The notes under the pieces: model-generated | What the model was told of the DNA's origin: nothing | Database searches by the model: none | Seen by the model: only the letters and a program-made list of their open reading frames with translations | Translations under genes and position numbers: made by a program | Assembly: GCF_000011805.1 (NCBI RefSeq) | Contig: NC_006840.2 | Source: Aliivibrio fischeri ES114 | GTDB taxonomy: Bacteria; Pseudomonadota; Gammaproteobacteria; Enterobacterales; Vibrionaceae | Length of the DNA: 32,000 nt | Reading direction: 5' to 3' (one strand) | Part shown: in pieces, positions 1 to 9,457 of the stretch | Layout: each line of letters starts with the position of its first letter | Position numbering within the stretch: position 1 is the first letter of the stretch

Positions 1-1
1 T

Positions 2-274
2 AAGACCATTGGTATGCGTGTACCGGATAATAAAATTGCTCTGGATCTGTTAGAGGCGTTAGGTGAGCCACTGATGTCTACAACATTGATTTTACCGGGT
101 AATGAAATGGCAGAATCCGATCCTGAAGCAATTCGAGATCAATTAGAACATGCCGTTGATTTAATTATGAATGGTGGTTATTTAGGTGAACAACCAACCA
201 CAGTAATCGACTTTAGTGATGATGATATTAAAATTGCTCGAGTTGGTGCTGGTGATCCAACACCGTTTGAATAA
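2..274 (+). CDS. yciO: C-terminal part of a YciO/Sua5-like (threonylcarbamoyl-AMP synthase-type) protein, 5' end outside window
   Basis: Frame is open from base 2; residues 'LGEPLMSTTLILPG...ESDPEAIRDQLEHAVDLIMNGGYLGEQPTTVIDFSDD' resemble the YciO C-terminus; synteny with rluB/yciK/sohB. Confidence 0.85.
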   Translation, partial: KTIGMRVPDNKIALDLLEALGEPLMSTTLILPGNEMAESDPEAIRDQLEHAVDLIMNGGYLGEQPTTVIDFSDDDIKIARVGAGDPTPFE

Positions 275-291
275 TTAATAAATTATCGAAG

Positions 292-320
292 TAGCCAGAC
301 AGTTGTTCTGGCTATTTTTT
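292..320. terminator. Rho-independent terminator after yciO
   Basis: TAGCCAGA..TCTGGCTA hairpin followed by a T tract. Confidence 0.7.
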
Positions 321-328
321 TATCGGTG

Positions 329-2788
329 TTATAACCACTTATCTACGACCTGCAGTAATTGTGTTTTAGATACTGGTTTAGTTAAATACCCATCCATTAC
401 TTGCGTGATTGCACTGATTTCTTCGTGGCTAGATTCACCCGTTAGCGCAATAATAGGTAAATGAGGGTAGAGAATCTTGATTTTTTTAGCCGCATCTATT
501 CCATTCATTATCGGCATGCGAGAGTCCATAAAAATAAGATCGATCTTATTATTGGTTGCCATCTCTACGGCTTCTTCACCATTTTCTGCTTGTAGAAGCG
601 TTAAGTTATCTTTATTTATAAAAGTATGAATTAACATACGCTGTACTTTTTTATCATCTACAATTAATACTGTTTTAAGTGAATTGTCTTTATCTTTAAT
701 TAGTGGTGGGGAGCTTGGTTTGGTATTTAATGCGTTAATATTACCTTCTATACGAGGAAAGCTAAGGACAAATTCGGTGAATTCACCTTTGGTTGAATAA
801 CAAACTATGTTTCCCTCAAAGGCATGCATAACACGTAAGCAATAAGATAGTCCTAACCCACTGCCGCCTTTCTTATTATGAGTAAAGAAATCATCAAAGA
901 TATTAGGAAGAATGTGAGAATCAATTCCTGGGCCGGTATCTCTAAATATTAATTTATTGGTCGCAAATCCTCGAACTAATCGAATAGATATAGAACTTTT
1001 ATATTCATCAAAGTAATGTGTTGCATTCCTTAATAAATTAAAAAGTATGAATCCATATAGAGTATCATTGATATTTACGATGAAATCGTCTTCAAGATTC
1101 AGGGTTATTTTTTGTTTCATTTCTTCAGAGTCGAATACATATTCATCAATAATTTGTTGAGTTAACAGTGAAATTGAATAATGTTGGAATAGAGCATCAC
1201 TTATTGTTGTATTCTTTGCTTCACTAAGAATGATATCAATTAATTGCGCTCCTTTTTGAATCGCTAAACATCCTTGGTTTAATTCATTTTTTATCAGATC
1301 TTCTTGCTTTTCATGTTCAGTATTTTTTTGATAGTGATGTTTGATTTTTTCAAAATGATATTGAAGTTGTGATAATGGATTTCGCATCTCATGAGCAATA
1401 GAGTTAGCAAGAGCTTGTGATTGACGGACTTTTTGCTCACTTTCAATATAACCTTGAACCTTGGTTAACACCCATTGAATTGCTGAGATCTCTTCATTTG
1501 AAAAGGTTGCATTATCGTGTTTATTTGCTGAGATTAAGAAATGCGATATCAGCTTATTTTCACCAAAAATAGGTAAGATTAATGCGGTTTTGCTTTGATC
1601 CATTTTTTCTTGTACTTGATGAAGTGCTGAATTACCAGTTTCAAGAGCGTAATGGATTTGATAATCGAGCTCATCTTTAACTAGGGCGGAATGGCTTTCA
1701 TTTAAGTGCGGGATGAAAATATTGTAATTCGTGTTTTTTCCAATTAATAATAATTCTTCTTTTGGAGTATTTAGTATTGAGGCTAATTTTATGATGGCAT
1801 TACTGCTTGAGTATTTAAACTCCTCAGCTATCTTATATATTTTCTCAACGGGTGTTTGTTGATCTTTATATATAATAATAGATGCTATCTTTTTTGATTT
1901 TTTAAGTGTTTTATCCCAAAACAGTCCGGTTATTATAATTGATAAAGCATAAACATAGAATAAGTTAGGGTTACTTGATGAACTATAAATAATTACAATA
2001 GGGGTTATATACAATATTAAATTTATTGAATATGAGAGTGACCAGAATAATAGATATTTAAAACTATATAGTCGATGATAAAGTAGAGTGTAACCAATTA
2101 ATAAAGCTTCTGTGACTGATAAGGTTGGAGGTAGCCATGTATATGAAAAATCTGCCCATATGACAGGGATGATAATTTGAGAAGCAATGGTTGAGATCAT
2201 GTAAATAAATATCCCAATCATTAGATAAACAGATTTTTCTTTATTAAGTTTTATATTACTTTTTCTAAGTTTAAAGAAATTAATACTGGTTAGAATTACA
2301 AACAAAAATGCGTTTAGGAAAAACAAAGGAGCAAAGGGCCCGAACTCAATGGTGAATACGCTAGGAGCTTGAATTGTCACTCCTATAACCGTTAAGTTAG
2401 GGATAACATTCACAATTAGTGCGACAAGTGTTGTTATGCTTGTTAAGCCAAACTGCCATTTAGAGAGTCTTTTGTCTGAGTGTTTTGATGCTAAACGACA
2501 TGAAAATAGAAAAGCAAACGCAAATGCTAGATACGAAGTCATATTGGCAAAAAGTGCCATGAAAATAGCTACGGATTCATCGAAATAAGTGAGTAATGGT
2601 GATTGAAAGTAGGCGTTACTTAGTATCCATAGAATAATAAAGAACGCATAAAAAATGTATGATGAATAAATGTAAGGGTTTACCTTTGTCCGCTCTCTAT
2701 ATAGAGAGCGGATAAAATACCCTACCCAAAGCAAGATGATTGCTGAGGTTGTCAGTAGTAAATAAACTTTAGGTAAAGTAGTTAACAT
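329..2788 (-). CDS. ainR: AinR/LuxN-type hybrid sensor kinase (multi-TM N-terminus, HisKA, HATPase, REC) for the acyl-HSL signal
   Basis: 819 aa; hydrophobic N-terminal half with LuxN-like stretches ('SNAYF', 'TIEFGP', 'TWLPPTLSVTEALLIGYTLL'), H-box 'ANSIAHEMRNPLSQLQYHFE', 'DTGPGID', 'GGSGLGLSYC', REC 'LIFMDSRMPIMNG'; immediately downstream of ainS. Confidence 0.9.
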   Translation of the reverse strand: MLTTLPKVYLLLTTSAIILLWVGYFIRSLYRERTKVNPYIYSSYIFYAFFIILWILSNAYFQSPLLTYFDESVAIFMALFANMTSYLAFAFAFLFSCRLASKHSDKRLSKWQFGLTSITTLVALIVNVIPNLTVIGVTIQAPSVFTIEFGPFAPLFFLNAFLFVILTSINFFKLRKSNIKLNKEKSVYLMIGIFIYMISTIASQIIIPVIWADFSYTWLPPTLSVTEALLIGYTLLYHRLYSFKYLLFWSLSYSINLILYITPIVIIYSSSSNPNLFYVYALSIIITGLFWDKTLKKSKKIASIIIYKDQQTPVEKIYKIAEEFKYSSSNAIIKLASILNTPKEELLLIGKNTNYNIFIPHLNESHSALVKDELDYQIHYALETGNSALHQVQEKMDQSKTALILPIFGENKLISHFLISANKHDNATFSNEEISAIQWVLTKVQGYIESEQKVRQSQALANSIAHEMRNPLSQLQYHFEKIKHHYQKNTEHEKQEDLIKNELNQGCLAIQKGAQLIDIILSEAKNTTISDALFQHYSISLLTQQIIDEYVFDSEEMKQKITLNLEDDFIVNINDTLYGFILFNLLRNATHYFDEYKSSISIRLVRGFATNKLIFRDTGPGIDSHILPNIFDDFFTHNKKGGSGLGLSYCLRVMHAFEGNIVCYSTKGEFTEFVLSFPRIEGNINALNTKPSSPPLIKDKDNSLKTVLIVDDKKVQRMLIHTFINKDNLTLLQAENGEEAVEMATNNKIDLIFMDSRMPIMNGIDAAKKIKILYPHLPIIALTGESSHEEISAITQVMDGYLTKPVSKTQLLQVVDKWL

Positions 2789-2799
2789 TTATATAAAAC

Positions 2800-4036
2800 T
2801 CACTGATTTCGAAGTTTTTTTCTTAGGCTTATAATATTAGCATTGTATGCCTTAAAACTATATTGATTGAAAGCAGATGATGCATTTTTTAAAAGCCAGA
2901 TCCCTTTATAAGTGATTATTCCTGATTTATTTACATCTTGCTCACTTGTGAAAACATAAGGAGATTGAGTTGGTGTCAGTAAATTCATCGATTGATAAAA
3001 TAATACCATTGCTGGTTTTTCTATTATCGTGAATACAATATCTCTTCCACTTTCCTTTAAAGCCATAGCCAATCCTTTTTGTGCTAAATACAGATGATAG
3101 TTAGCTTTAGATTTCTCCCCACTAATAGTAAGTCGAATCGCTTCACATGCCTTTGTTTTATCTAAGATAGAATAAAATAAGTCATTTTCGATTTCGGTAC
3201 TGCTTTTATCAACAAAGTGTGACCTTGCTAACGGACTCATGAATGTCGCATGGGAAAGAGATAACAGTCCATCAGCGTTGAGGTTTGGTTTCCATTTGGT
3301 ATTTTGAAAGAAAGTGTCGAAAAAGAGCCAGTCATGCTTATTCGATGTGGTTTGGATTAAGGCAGATGAAATAATGGTTGGATAGATATTGTTGTCAGTA
3401 TATTGATAGAGAATAAAATGCTCTCCTTTGGACGAAATTTCTAGATGATTTAGCATTTCATACCACTTGTGTTCTTTAATGAAGGTTGCGATATTAATGA
3501 GTACAATGGCATCTGAAAGAGGAAGGGGGTGTTCGCTAAATTCAGTGTGGAAATAACGTTCGTCTGTTGAGATATCTTGAACCAGTTCGTAATGATATTT
3601 TTCATCAATAATGGCTGAGGTACTGTTTTTTTTCGTTACATCTAGATGACGATGAAGTACAGATATTGGTTTATGAATAAGTTTAAACATTTCAAATTCA
3701 GTACTGCATTTCAAAAGACAACCAAAAACTTTGATAGCCATTTGCTCTATATGAAAATAGACCTTAGGTAATGAACTACAAGGTTGTTTTCCTAAGATTT
3801 CTGCCGCTTCTGATGTTGAAAATAAGTATTCCAAATTTCCAATCGTTCCGCCTTCAAATTTATTCAAAATGATTCGTTCTCTTGCATTGATCAGTTGTTG
3901 AAGTAAATTAAAATTCTGCGTTTGAGAACAATAATCGTACAACTCTTTTATAAATTCATATTGCAGGTTTTTTTTCGACTATCTCTTCGTGAGAGATAGA
4001 TGGAAGTGTATTTAAAAGAAGTGTGAAGTTTTTCAT
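2800..4036 (-). CDS. ainS: AinS/LuxM-family acyl-homoserine lactone synthase; ORF track gives only 2800..3942, but the natural start appears to be 4036 with a 1-nt frameshift in the 8-T (+ strand) tract at 3968-3975
   Basis: Family resemblance of the 380-aa ORF and operon with ainR. Upstream: AAGGTAG Shine-Dalgarno then ATG (4036) encoding MKNFTLLLNTLPSISHEEIVEKK, which continues into NLQYEFIKELYDYCSQ... if one A is removed from A8. Confidence 0.8.
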
Positions 4037-4322
4037 AATACTACCTTATTGATTGATAAGTCATTAAAATTGCTGAGGAAATTACTTTCTCAGCATAATC
4101 AGTATAGTAAAAATAGGTAGTGGTGTTATGAGTACTTTGCGTGTCTTACGACAAAAATTAAAATTAAATTTTGATTAAATTCTTACCGCTTATTAGTAAC
4201 AATATTGTATAATCACGCTTCATAGAATTTGATAGTGATTAAGAGTGAAGGATTATCTATTCATCCTCTTGATTAATAAGAAGTTAATTGACGCCTGTGA
4301 AGGCGACATAAAAAGGTAAAGA

Positions 4323-5387
4323 ATGAGCGAAAAATTACAGAAAGTATTAGCACGAGCAGGTCTTGGTTCTCGTCGTGAGCTAGAAACCATGATTCAAGCT
4401 GGTCGTGTTAGTGTTGATGGTCAGAGAGCAAAATTAGGCGACCGCCTAGAAAACGTGGATGCTAAAATCCGTATTGATGGCCATGTCGTATCGGTTAAAG
4501 AGTCAACTGATGTGATCTGTCGAGTACTTGCCTATCATAAACCTGAAGGTGAGCTATGTACACGTCATGACCCTGAAGGTCGTCGTACTGTATTTGATCG
4601 TTTACCAAAAATTCGTGATTCTCGTTGGGTATCAGTTGGCCGTTTGGATGCTAATACCGCTGGTTTATTGCTTTTCACTACAGATGGTGAATTAGCAAAC
4701 CGTTTGATGCACCCAAGTCGTAAAGTTGAACGTGAATACATGTGTCGTGTATTTGGTGAAATTAACGAGAAAATGATTCGTAATCTAGTTACTGGTGTAA
4801 AACTAGAAGACGGTGAAGCGCGTTTTGAAGATGTAATGTACGCCGGCGGTGAAGGTATGAACCATACTTTCTACGTTGTTATTAATGAAGGCCGTAACCG
4901 TGAAGTACGTCGTTTATGGGATTCGCAAGGTGTAACGGTAAGTCGTCTAAAACGTGTTCGTTACGGTGATATCTTCCTTGAGAAAGCTTTACCACGTGGT
5001 GGTTGGATGGAGCTTGAACTTAAAGAAGTTAACTACCTACGTGAGATGGTTGAATTACCGCCAGAGAAAGAAAGTCTACTTGATGTAGATAAAGAGTCTC
5101 GTAAGCGTGCTAAATCAAAAACTCAAAAGATCCGTCGTGCTGTTAAGCGTTATGATGAGCGTTCAACAGAGGAGCGTAATACTCCAGCGGGTCGTCGTGG
5201 CCGCAACAATAAAAAACCAGTTGGTAGTTCACTGCCTTCAGCAAAACGTGGCTCTAATAATGGGGATAGCCAACCTTCTGGTAAGCCACAATCTAAAGGT
5301 AAAAAACCAGCAGCTGGTCAAAAACCAGTAAGAAGTAAGTTTTCACCAAACGGTAAAGCGCCAAAGTCTAAACCTAGACAGCGTTAA
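4323..5387 (+). CDS. rluB: 23S rRNA pseudouridine synthase B (RsuA family) with S4 domain and long basic C-terminal tail
   Basis: '[22 protein letters not shown]' S4 domain; '[39 protein letters not shown]' RluB/RsuA signature. Confidence 0.95.
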   Translation: MSEKLQKVLARAGLGSRRELETMIQAGRVSVDGQRAKLGDRLENVDAKIRIDGHVVSVKESTDVICRVLAYHKPEGELCTRHDPEGRRTVFDRLPKIRDSRWVSVGRLDANTAGLLLFTTDGELANRLMHPSRKVEREYMCRVFGEINEKMIRNLVTGVKLEDGEARFEDVMYAGGEGMNHTFYVVINEGRNREVRRLWDSQGVTVSRLKRVRYGDIFLEKALPRGGWMELELKEVNYLREMVELPPEKESLLDVDKESRKRAKSKTQKIRRAVKRYDERSTEERNTPAGRRGRNNKKPVGSSLPSAKRGSNNGDSQPSGKPQSKGKKPAAGQKPVRSKFSPNGKAPKSKPRQR

Positions 5388-5420
5388 TTGCATCGTTAAA
5401 AACACTTAGATGAATAATAA

Positions 5421-5454
5421 AAGGGTTGTACCGTAAGGTAGCAACCCTTTTTTG
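5421..5454. terminator. Rho-independent terminator after rluB
   Basis: AAGGGTTG..CAACCCTT followed by T tract. Confidence 0.8.
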
Positions 5455-5471
5455 TTCGTCTCTTTAAAAAT

Positions 5472-6233
5472 TTATTTTGGCTGAGCATCAATACATTGAC
5501 TGTGTACGTTAACGCCTTCTGGTGCCATTAAATACACATAAAGAGGCATAATGTCTTTTGGTGTTTTAAGTAAACTAATATCTTCAGCTGGAAAAGCTTG
5601 AGCACGCATACGAGTGTGTGTGCCACCAGGATTGATAGCATTCACTTTTACAGTCGTTCCTTCCATTTCATGCGCCAGTGTCTGCATCATACCTTCTGTT
5701 GCGAATTTGGAGATAGCATAGGCTCCCCAGAATGCTCGCCCTTGGTGTCCAACTGTTGAAGTGGTAAAGACAATTCGAGCATCATCAGATTGTTGTAAAA
5801 CAGGAAGTAGGGCTTGTGTCATCAAAAATTGAGCTTTGACATTGATCTGCATGACTTCATCAAAAATGGATTCTTCAAATTGTTCAAACGGACTAAGCAT
5901 ACCCAATAGGCCAGCATTATGAAGAAGGCCATCTAGCTTTCCAAATTGGCTTTGAATGGTTTCAGCCATGTCAACGTAGTGCTGTTTGGTGGCACCTTTT
6001 AAATCTAAAGGAACAATTGCAGGTGTTGGGTAGCCTGCTGCTTCAATCTCATCATAGACCGCTTCTAATTTAGCGACAGTGCGCCCTAATAAAATAACGG
6101 TAGCACCATGTTGAGCATAATGTAAGGCGGCTTGTTTACCAATACCATCACCAGCACCAGTAACTAAAATAACTTTATTTTTTAATGCGTCAGAAGAAAC
6201 CTGATAATCCACTCTGTAATCCTTGTATTTCAA
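5472..6233 (-). CDS. yciK: YciK-family short-chain dehydrogenase/reductase
   Basis: 'VTGAGDGIGKQAALHYAQHGATVILLGR', 'YAISKFATEGMMQTLAHE'; synteny with sohB. Confidence 0.9.
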   Translation of the reverse strand: MKYKDYRVDYQVSSDALKNKVILVTGAGDGIGKQAALHYAQHGATVILLGRTVAKLEAVYDEIEAAGYPTPAIVPLDLKGATKQHYVDMAETIQSQFGKLDGLLHNAGLLGMLSPFEQFEESIFDEVMQINVKAQFLMTQALLPVLQQSDDARIVFTTSTVGHQGRAFWGAYAISKFATEGMMQTLAHEMEGTTVKVNAINPGGTHTRMRAQAFPAEDISLLKTPKDIMPLYVYLMAPEGVNVHSQCIDAQPK

Positions 6234-6375
6234 CGTTCACCTTGAGAAATTTTTACAAATTTGTATTGTAAGTTGATGTAAAAATGCGCGTTTAGTGCGA
6301 TTTATTATCATAATGTGAACTAACTTCGAGTTAAGTCGAGTACAATACACGAAACATACTTAAGAGGGTATTACA

Positions 6376-7437
6376 TTGGAATTTTTGTTTGATTACGGTC
6401 TCTTTTTAGCAAAGATCGCCACCGTTGTTGTTTCTATTATTGCCATTTTAGTTGCAGCTAAAGCAGTGGGTGGTAAATCGACTGGTGCGAAAGGTGAATT
6501 AGAGGTAACTAACTTAACTGAGCAGTATAAAGATACTGTTGTGGAGTTAGAACATCATTTATTTGATGATGCAGAGTTAAAAGCGCGAGCTAAGGCCGAA
6601 AAGAAAGCAGAAAAAGAAACGGAAAAAGCAAAACAAAAAGAGATTAAGCAAGCTGCAAAATCTGGTGAGCTTGAATTAAAACGTGATGCCCGTTTATTTG
6701 TCTTAGATTTTAATGGCAGTATCGATGCGAAAGAAGTAGCAGCGCTACGTGAGGAAGTATCAGCTATCTTAGCGGTTGCTATTGAAGGCGACGAAGTACT
6801 TTTACGTCTTGAAAGTGGTGGTGGTATGGTTCATGGTTATGGCCTTGCTTCATCTCAACTTGATCGCTTACGTGATGCGAATATTAAATTAACGATTTCT
6901 GTTGATAAAGTTGCGGCATCAGGTGGTTATATGATGGCGTGTATTGGCGAAAAAATCATTGCTGCACCGTTTGCAATCGTTGGCTCGATTGGTGTTGTTG
7001 CTCAGTTGCCAAATTTCAATAAATTATTGAAGAAAAATGATATTGAATTTGAGCAATTAACCGCTGGTGAATACAAACGTACCCTAACAATGTTTGGCGA
7101 AAATAGCGATAAAGCACGTGAAAAATTCCAACTAGAATTGGAAGAAACTCATGTTTTATTTAAAGATTTTATTCGTGAACATCGTTCAGAGCTAGATCTG
7201 GAAAAAGTAGCAACAGGCGAGCATTGGTTTGGTAAACAAGCGTTAGAGTTAGGTCTAATTGATGAGATTCAAACGTCGGATGATTATTTAACAAAAGCGT
7301 GTAAAGATCGTGAAGTTTTAGCGATTCATTACGTTCAAAAGAAAAAGTTAAGCGATAAAATTGCGGGGATTGCAGGTCAGTCTGCGGAGAACGTATTTAT
7401 GCGTTTAATTAGCAAAGGTCAGCGACCGATTGTTTAA
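6376..7437 (+). CDS. sohB: SohB inner-membrane peptidase (S49 family)
   Basis: N-terminal TM; 'VDKVAASGGYMMACIGEKIIAAPFAIVGSIGVVAQLPNFNKLLKK' signature. Confidence 0.95.
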   Translation: MEFLFDYGLFLAKIATVVVSIIAILVAAKAVGGKSTGAKGELEVTNLTEQYKDTVVELEHHLFDDAELKARAKAEKKAEKETEKAKQKEIKQAAKSGELELKRDARLFVLDFNGSIDAKEVAALREEVSAILAVAIEGDEVLLRLESGGGMVHGYGLASSQLDRLRDANIKLTISVDKVAASGGYMMACIGEKIIAAPFAIVGSIGVVAQLPNFNKLLKKNDIEFEQLTAGEYKRTLTMFGENSDKAREKFQLELEETHVLFKDFIREHRSELDLEKVATGEHWFGKQALELGLIDEIQTSDDYLTKACKDREVLAIHYVQKKKLSDKIAGIAGQSAENVFMRLISKGQRPIV

Positions 7438-7608
7438 TTTTTGATGCAAGAAAGCGCATTAATTTAGACCATATCTGTTCAGTGATTTACAGGATAGATA
7501 TGACAAAAAAGGCTGAGATTTCAGTCTTATTTGAGATTTTAATGCTTTGATTTATATTGTAACCTAGACTTATATCGCCACAAATTGCCCACATTCTGTT
7601 AGGAATAA

Positions 7609-7640
7609 AGCCGTACATATAGCATGTGCGGCTTTTTTAT
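7609..7640. terminator. Rho-independent terminator downstream of sohB
   Basis: GCCGTACAT..ATGTGCGGC followed by a T-rich tail. Confidence 0.75.
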
Positions 7641-7803
7641 AGATGATTTTTACTAAATTAACTTAGTGAAAATAGTAAATTTGGGCTAAATTAGTAAATT
7701 TAAAACAATTAACGATATGCTATTCTGTATTTAGGGTGCGGTTTAATTTATACTTTACTATGAATCTGATTTGTATAATAAAATGTTATATGCAAGGAGT
7801 AAA

Positions 7804-8220
7804 ATGGAACAGATATTCAATAACTTAACATCACTTGATTGGTGGTTTACTGGTATTTTCTTTGTACTTGTTGGCTTGTTCTTTAATTGGTTATTCAAGT
7901 GGTTTCCATCTACATTTAAAAAGTTAAATAGGAATAATCGAGCTAAGCGATTGAAAAAAATTAGGCACTTAAGATGGAGTCAATCAGAAATTAATTATGA
8001 AATAAGCAAAGCAACTGGTCGCTTTGTTGTTTTTTGCATAATTTGCCTCAGCTACTTAAGTTGGTTAGCTTATAAACCGGTTCAAAATATCTTTGATTTA
8101 CATATTATTGTTGGGTTAATTTTTTCATTACCGCATCTATATTCATGGAATTTCTGTGGCTTAACCAAGCATGCTAAAGTTAAAGCACTTCAATCAGGTT
8201 GCAACGAAAATTGCGTATAA
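7804..8220 (+). CDS. Small membrane protein of unknown function; last codons abut the first attC-like site
   Basis: ORF track starts at 7771, but ATG at 7804 follows AAGGAG; several hydrophobic segments. Confidence 0.6.
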   Translation: MEQIFNNLTSLDWWFTGIFFVLVGLFFNWLFKWFPSTFKKLNRNNRAKRLKKIRHLRWSQSEINYEISKATGRFVVFCIICLSYLSWLAYKPVQNIFDLHIIVGLIFSLPHLYSWNFCGLTKHAKVKALQSGCNENCV

Positions 8221-8325
8221 CAAAGCCATCACCGCGCATGCTTCATAATATTCGGCGTTTCTGGTTTGACAGTATAATTGGTTTGGAAGGTGCAGTCGTC
8301 AGCACGTGTTATGGCGGCGTTAAAT
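8215..8325 (+). repeat. attC-like site 0 (divergent subfamily)
   Basis: GTATAAC ... GTTAAAT ends; inner arms GCCAT.../...ATGGC; shares 'GTATAATTGGTTTGGAA' with the site at 14770. Confidence 0.7.
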
Positions 8326-8340
8326 TCATTTGGAGATATT

Positions 8341-9291
8341 GTGCTGAAAGAAACAAAAATTGAACACCCGTATTTAGGAAAGTTGTCTTCAAATGCGTAT
8401 GTTAGCGCTCTTGGTAATGTTATCGAAACTTTGTCGATACATTTGACGCAATCAGAAATTAATGCACTAAAAAAGAAACTACAATTAACAACAAAAAACT
8501 TTAATGAGCCGCAATATCTTCAAACTGCGTGTGAGTTAAGTGTTTGTGCCTACTTTGCAGAAAAATTTAGTCAGGGATTTAAATACGAAGATAAAGTAAA
8601 CCCACCAAAAGATGTTGATTGTTCAGTTTATCATGATTATGCAAAATATAACATAGAGGTAAAATGCGCTACATTTTCTGATGATGAGAAACTAAAGAGT
8701 GAAGACTGCTTTAGGATGAGTGCCATAGGTAGAATGGAAGAGTACCCAGACTTAATTGAAAAACTTAGTGATGTGTTTTCAACTTCACCTAGTGGAAAGC
8801 CGTTGAAGGTATATAAGCACAAAGATAATAATCTTAAAGACTTTCTTATTAGTGCACATGAAAAGTTTTCAGATGAGGTTTACTGTGACATTGTTAATAT
8901 ACTTTGGGTGTGCTGTGACGATCCAATGGATATGACGAAGTGGACAGGTTACTTAACTGGTCTAAATGGTTTGTTTACATCTGATTCTTTCGTGGATCGA
9001 AATTTGTATAGTAAAGTTGATGTTGTTGTACTCTCCAACCTTTATCATCGCCATGCTAAATATCAGACTAAAAAAAATCTGGAAAATTATTGGAGTGTAG
9101 ATTCGTCGTTTAACATTATGTTTTGTAATCCGGGTCGATTGTCAAATAAAGAAATAGCAATTAAAAAATTCTACGAAATAGTACCTAATTTTTGTAAAGA
9201 AGTGATGGATTATGATGCTCCAGATCCATTAAAGCTTTCTGCATTTGTTGTTCATGAGTTAAAGGGGAAAGGGTTGTATTATTTCGATTAA
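8341..9291 (+). CDS. Cassette protein of unknown function with a PD-(D/E)XK nuclease-like motif
   Basis: ORF track start 8278 lies inside the attC; plausible start GTG 8341 (8311 also possible). Motif '(E)LSVCAYFAEKF...KDVDCSVYHDYAKYNIEVKC'. Confidence 0.55.
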   Translation: MLKETKIEHPYLGKLSSNAYVSALGNVIETLSIHLTQSEINALKKKLQLTTKNFNEPQYLQTACELSVCAYFAEKFSQGFKYEDKVNPPKDVDCSVYHDYAKYNIEVKCATFSDDEKLKSEDCFRMSAIGRMEEYPDLIEKLSDVFSTSPSGKPLKVYKHKDNNLKDFLISAHEKFSDEVYCDIVNILWVCCDDPMDMTKWTGYLTGLNGLFTSDSFVDRNLYSKVDVVVLSNLYHRHAKYQTKKNLENYWSVDSSFNIMFCNPGRLSNKEIAIKKFYEIVPNFCKEVMDYDAPDPLKLSAFVVHELKGKGLYYFD

Positions 9292-9298
9292 AAAATGA

Positions 9299-9423
9299 AT
9301 TTAACAAATGCATCAATACGATTTATTACACTCGGCATCCCAAGTTGTCGGGTGTTTCTCGTTTTAAGGCGTCAATATTAAGTATATTTGCATAGTAGTA
9401 AACGTGTTATGCAGGCGTTAGGC
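9299..9423 (+). repeat. attC-like site 1
   Basis: ATTTAAC (RYYYAAC) ... GTTAGGC (GTTRRRY); arms TAACAAATGCATCAATACGATTTATTAC / GTAGTAAACGTGTTATGCAGGCGTTA. Confidence 0.85.
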
Positions 9424-9457
9424 GATTTTAAGTAGTATATAACTAGAGGTATGATTA

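Noticed and set aside
7740-7803. Possible attC/attI upstream of the 7804 ORF (AATGTTATATGCAAGGAG resembles GTGTTATGCAGGCG)
   Set aside because: No complementary left arm and no RYYYAAC/GTTRRRY pair found upstream; similarity is too weak.
8278-8340. ORF-track start of the cassette gene (and the 13026 and 15452 starts)
   Set aside because: These starts lie inside attC-like sites; the coding starts are more likely at downstream codons.
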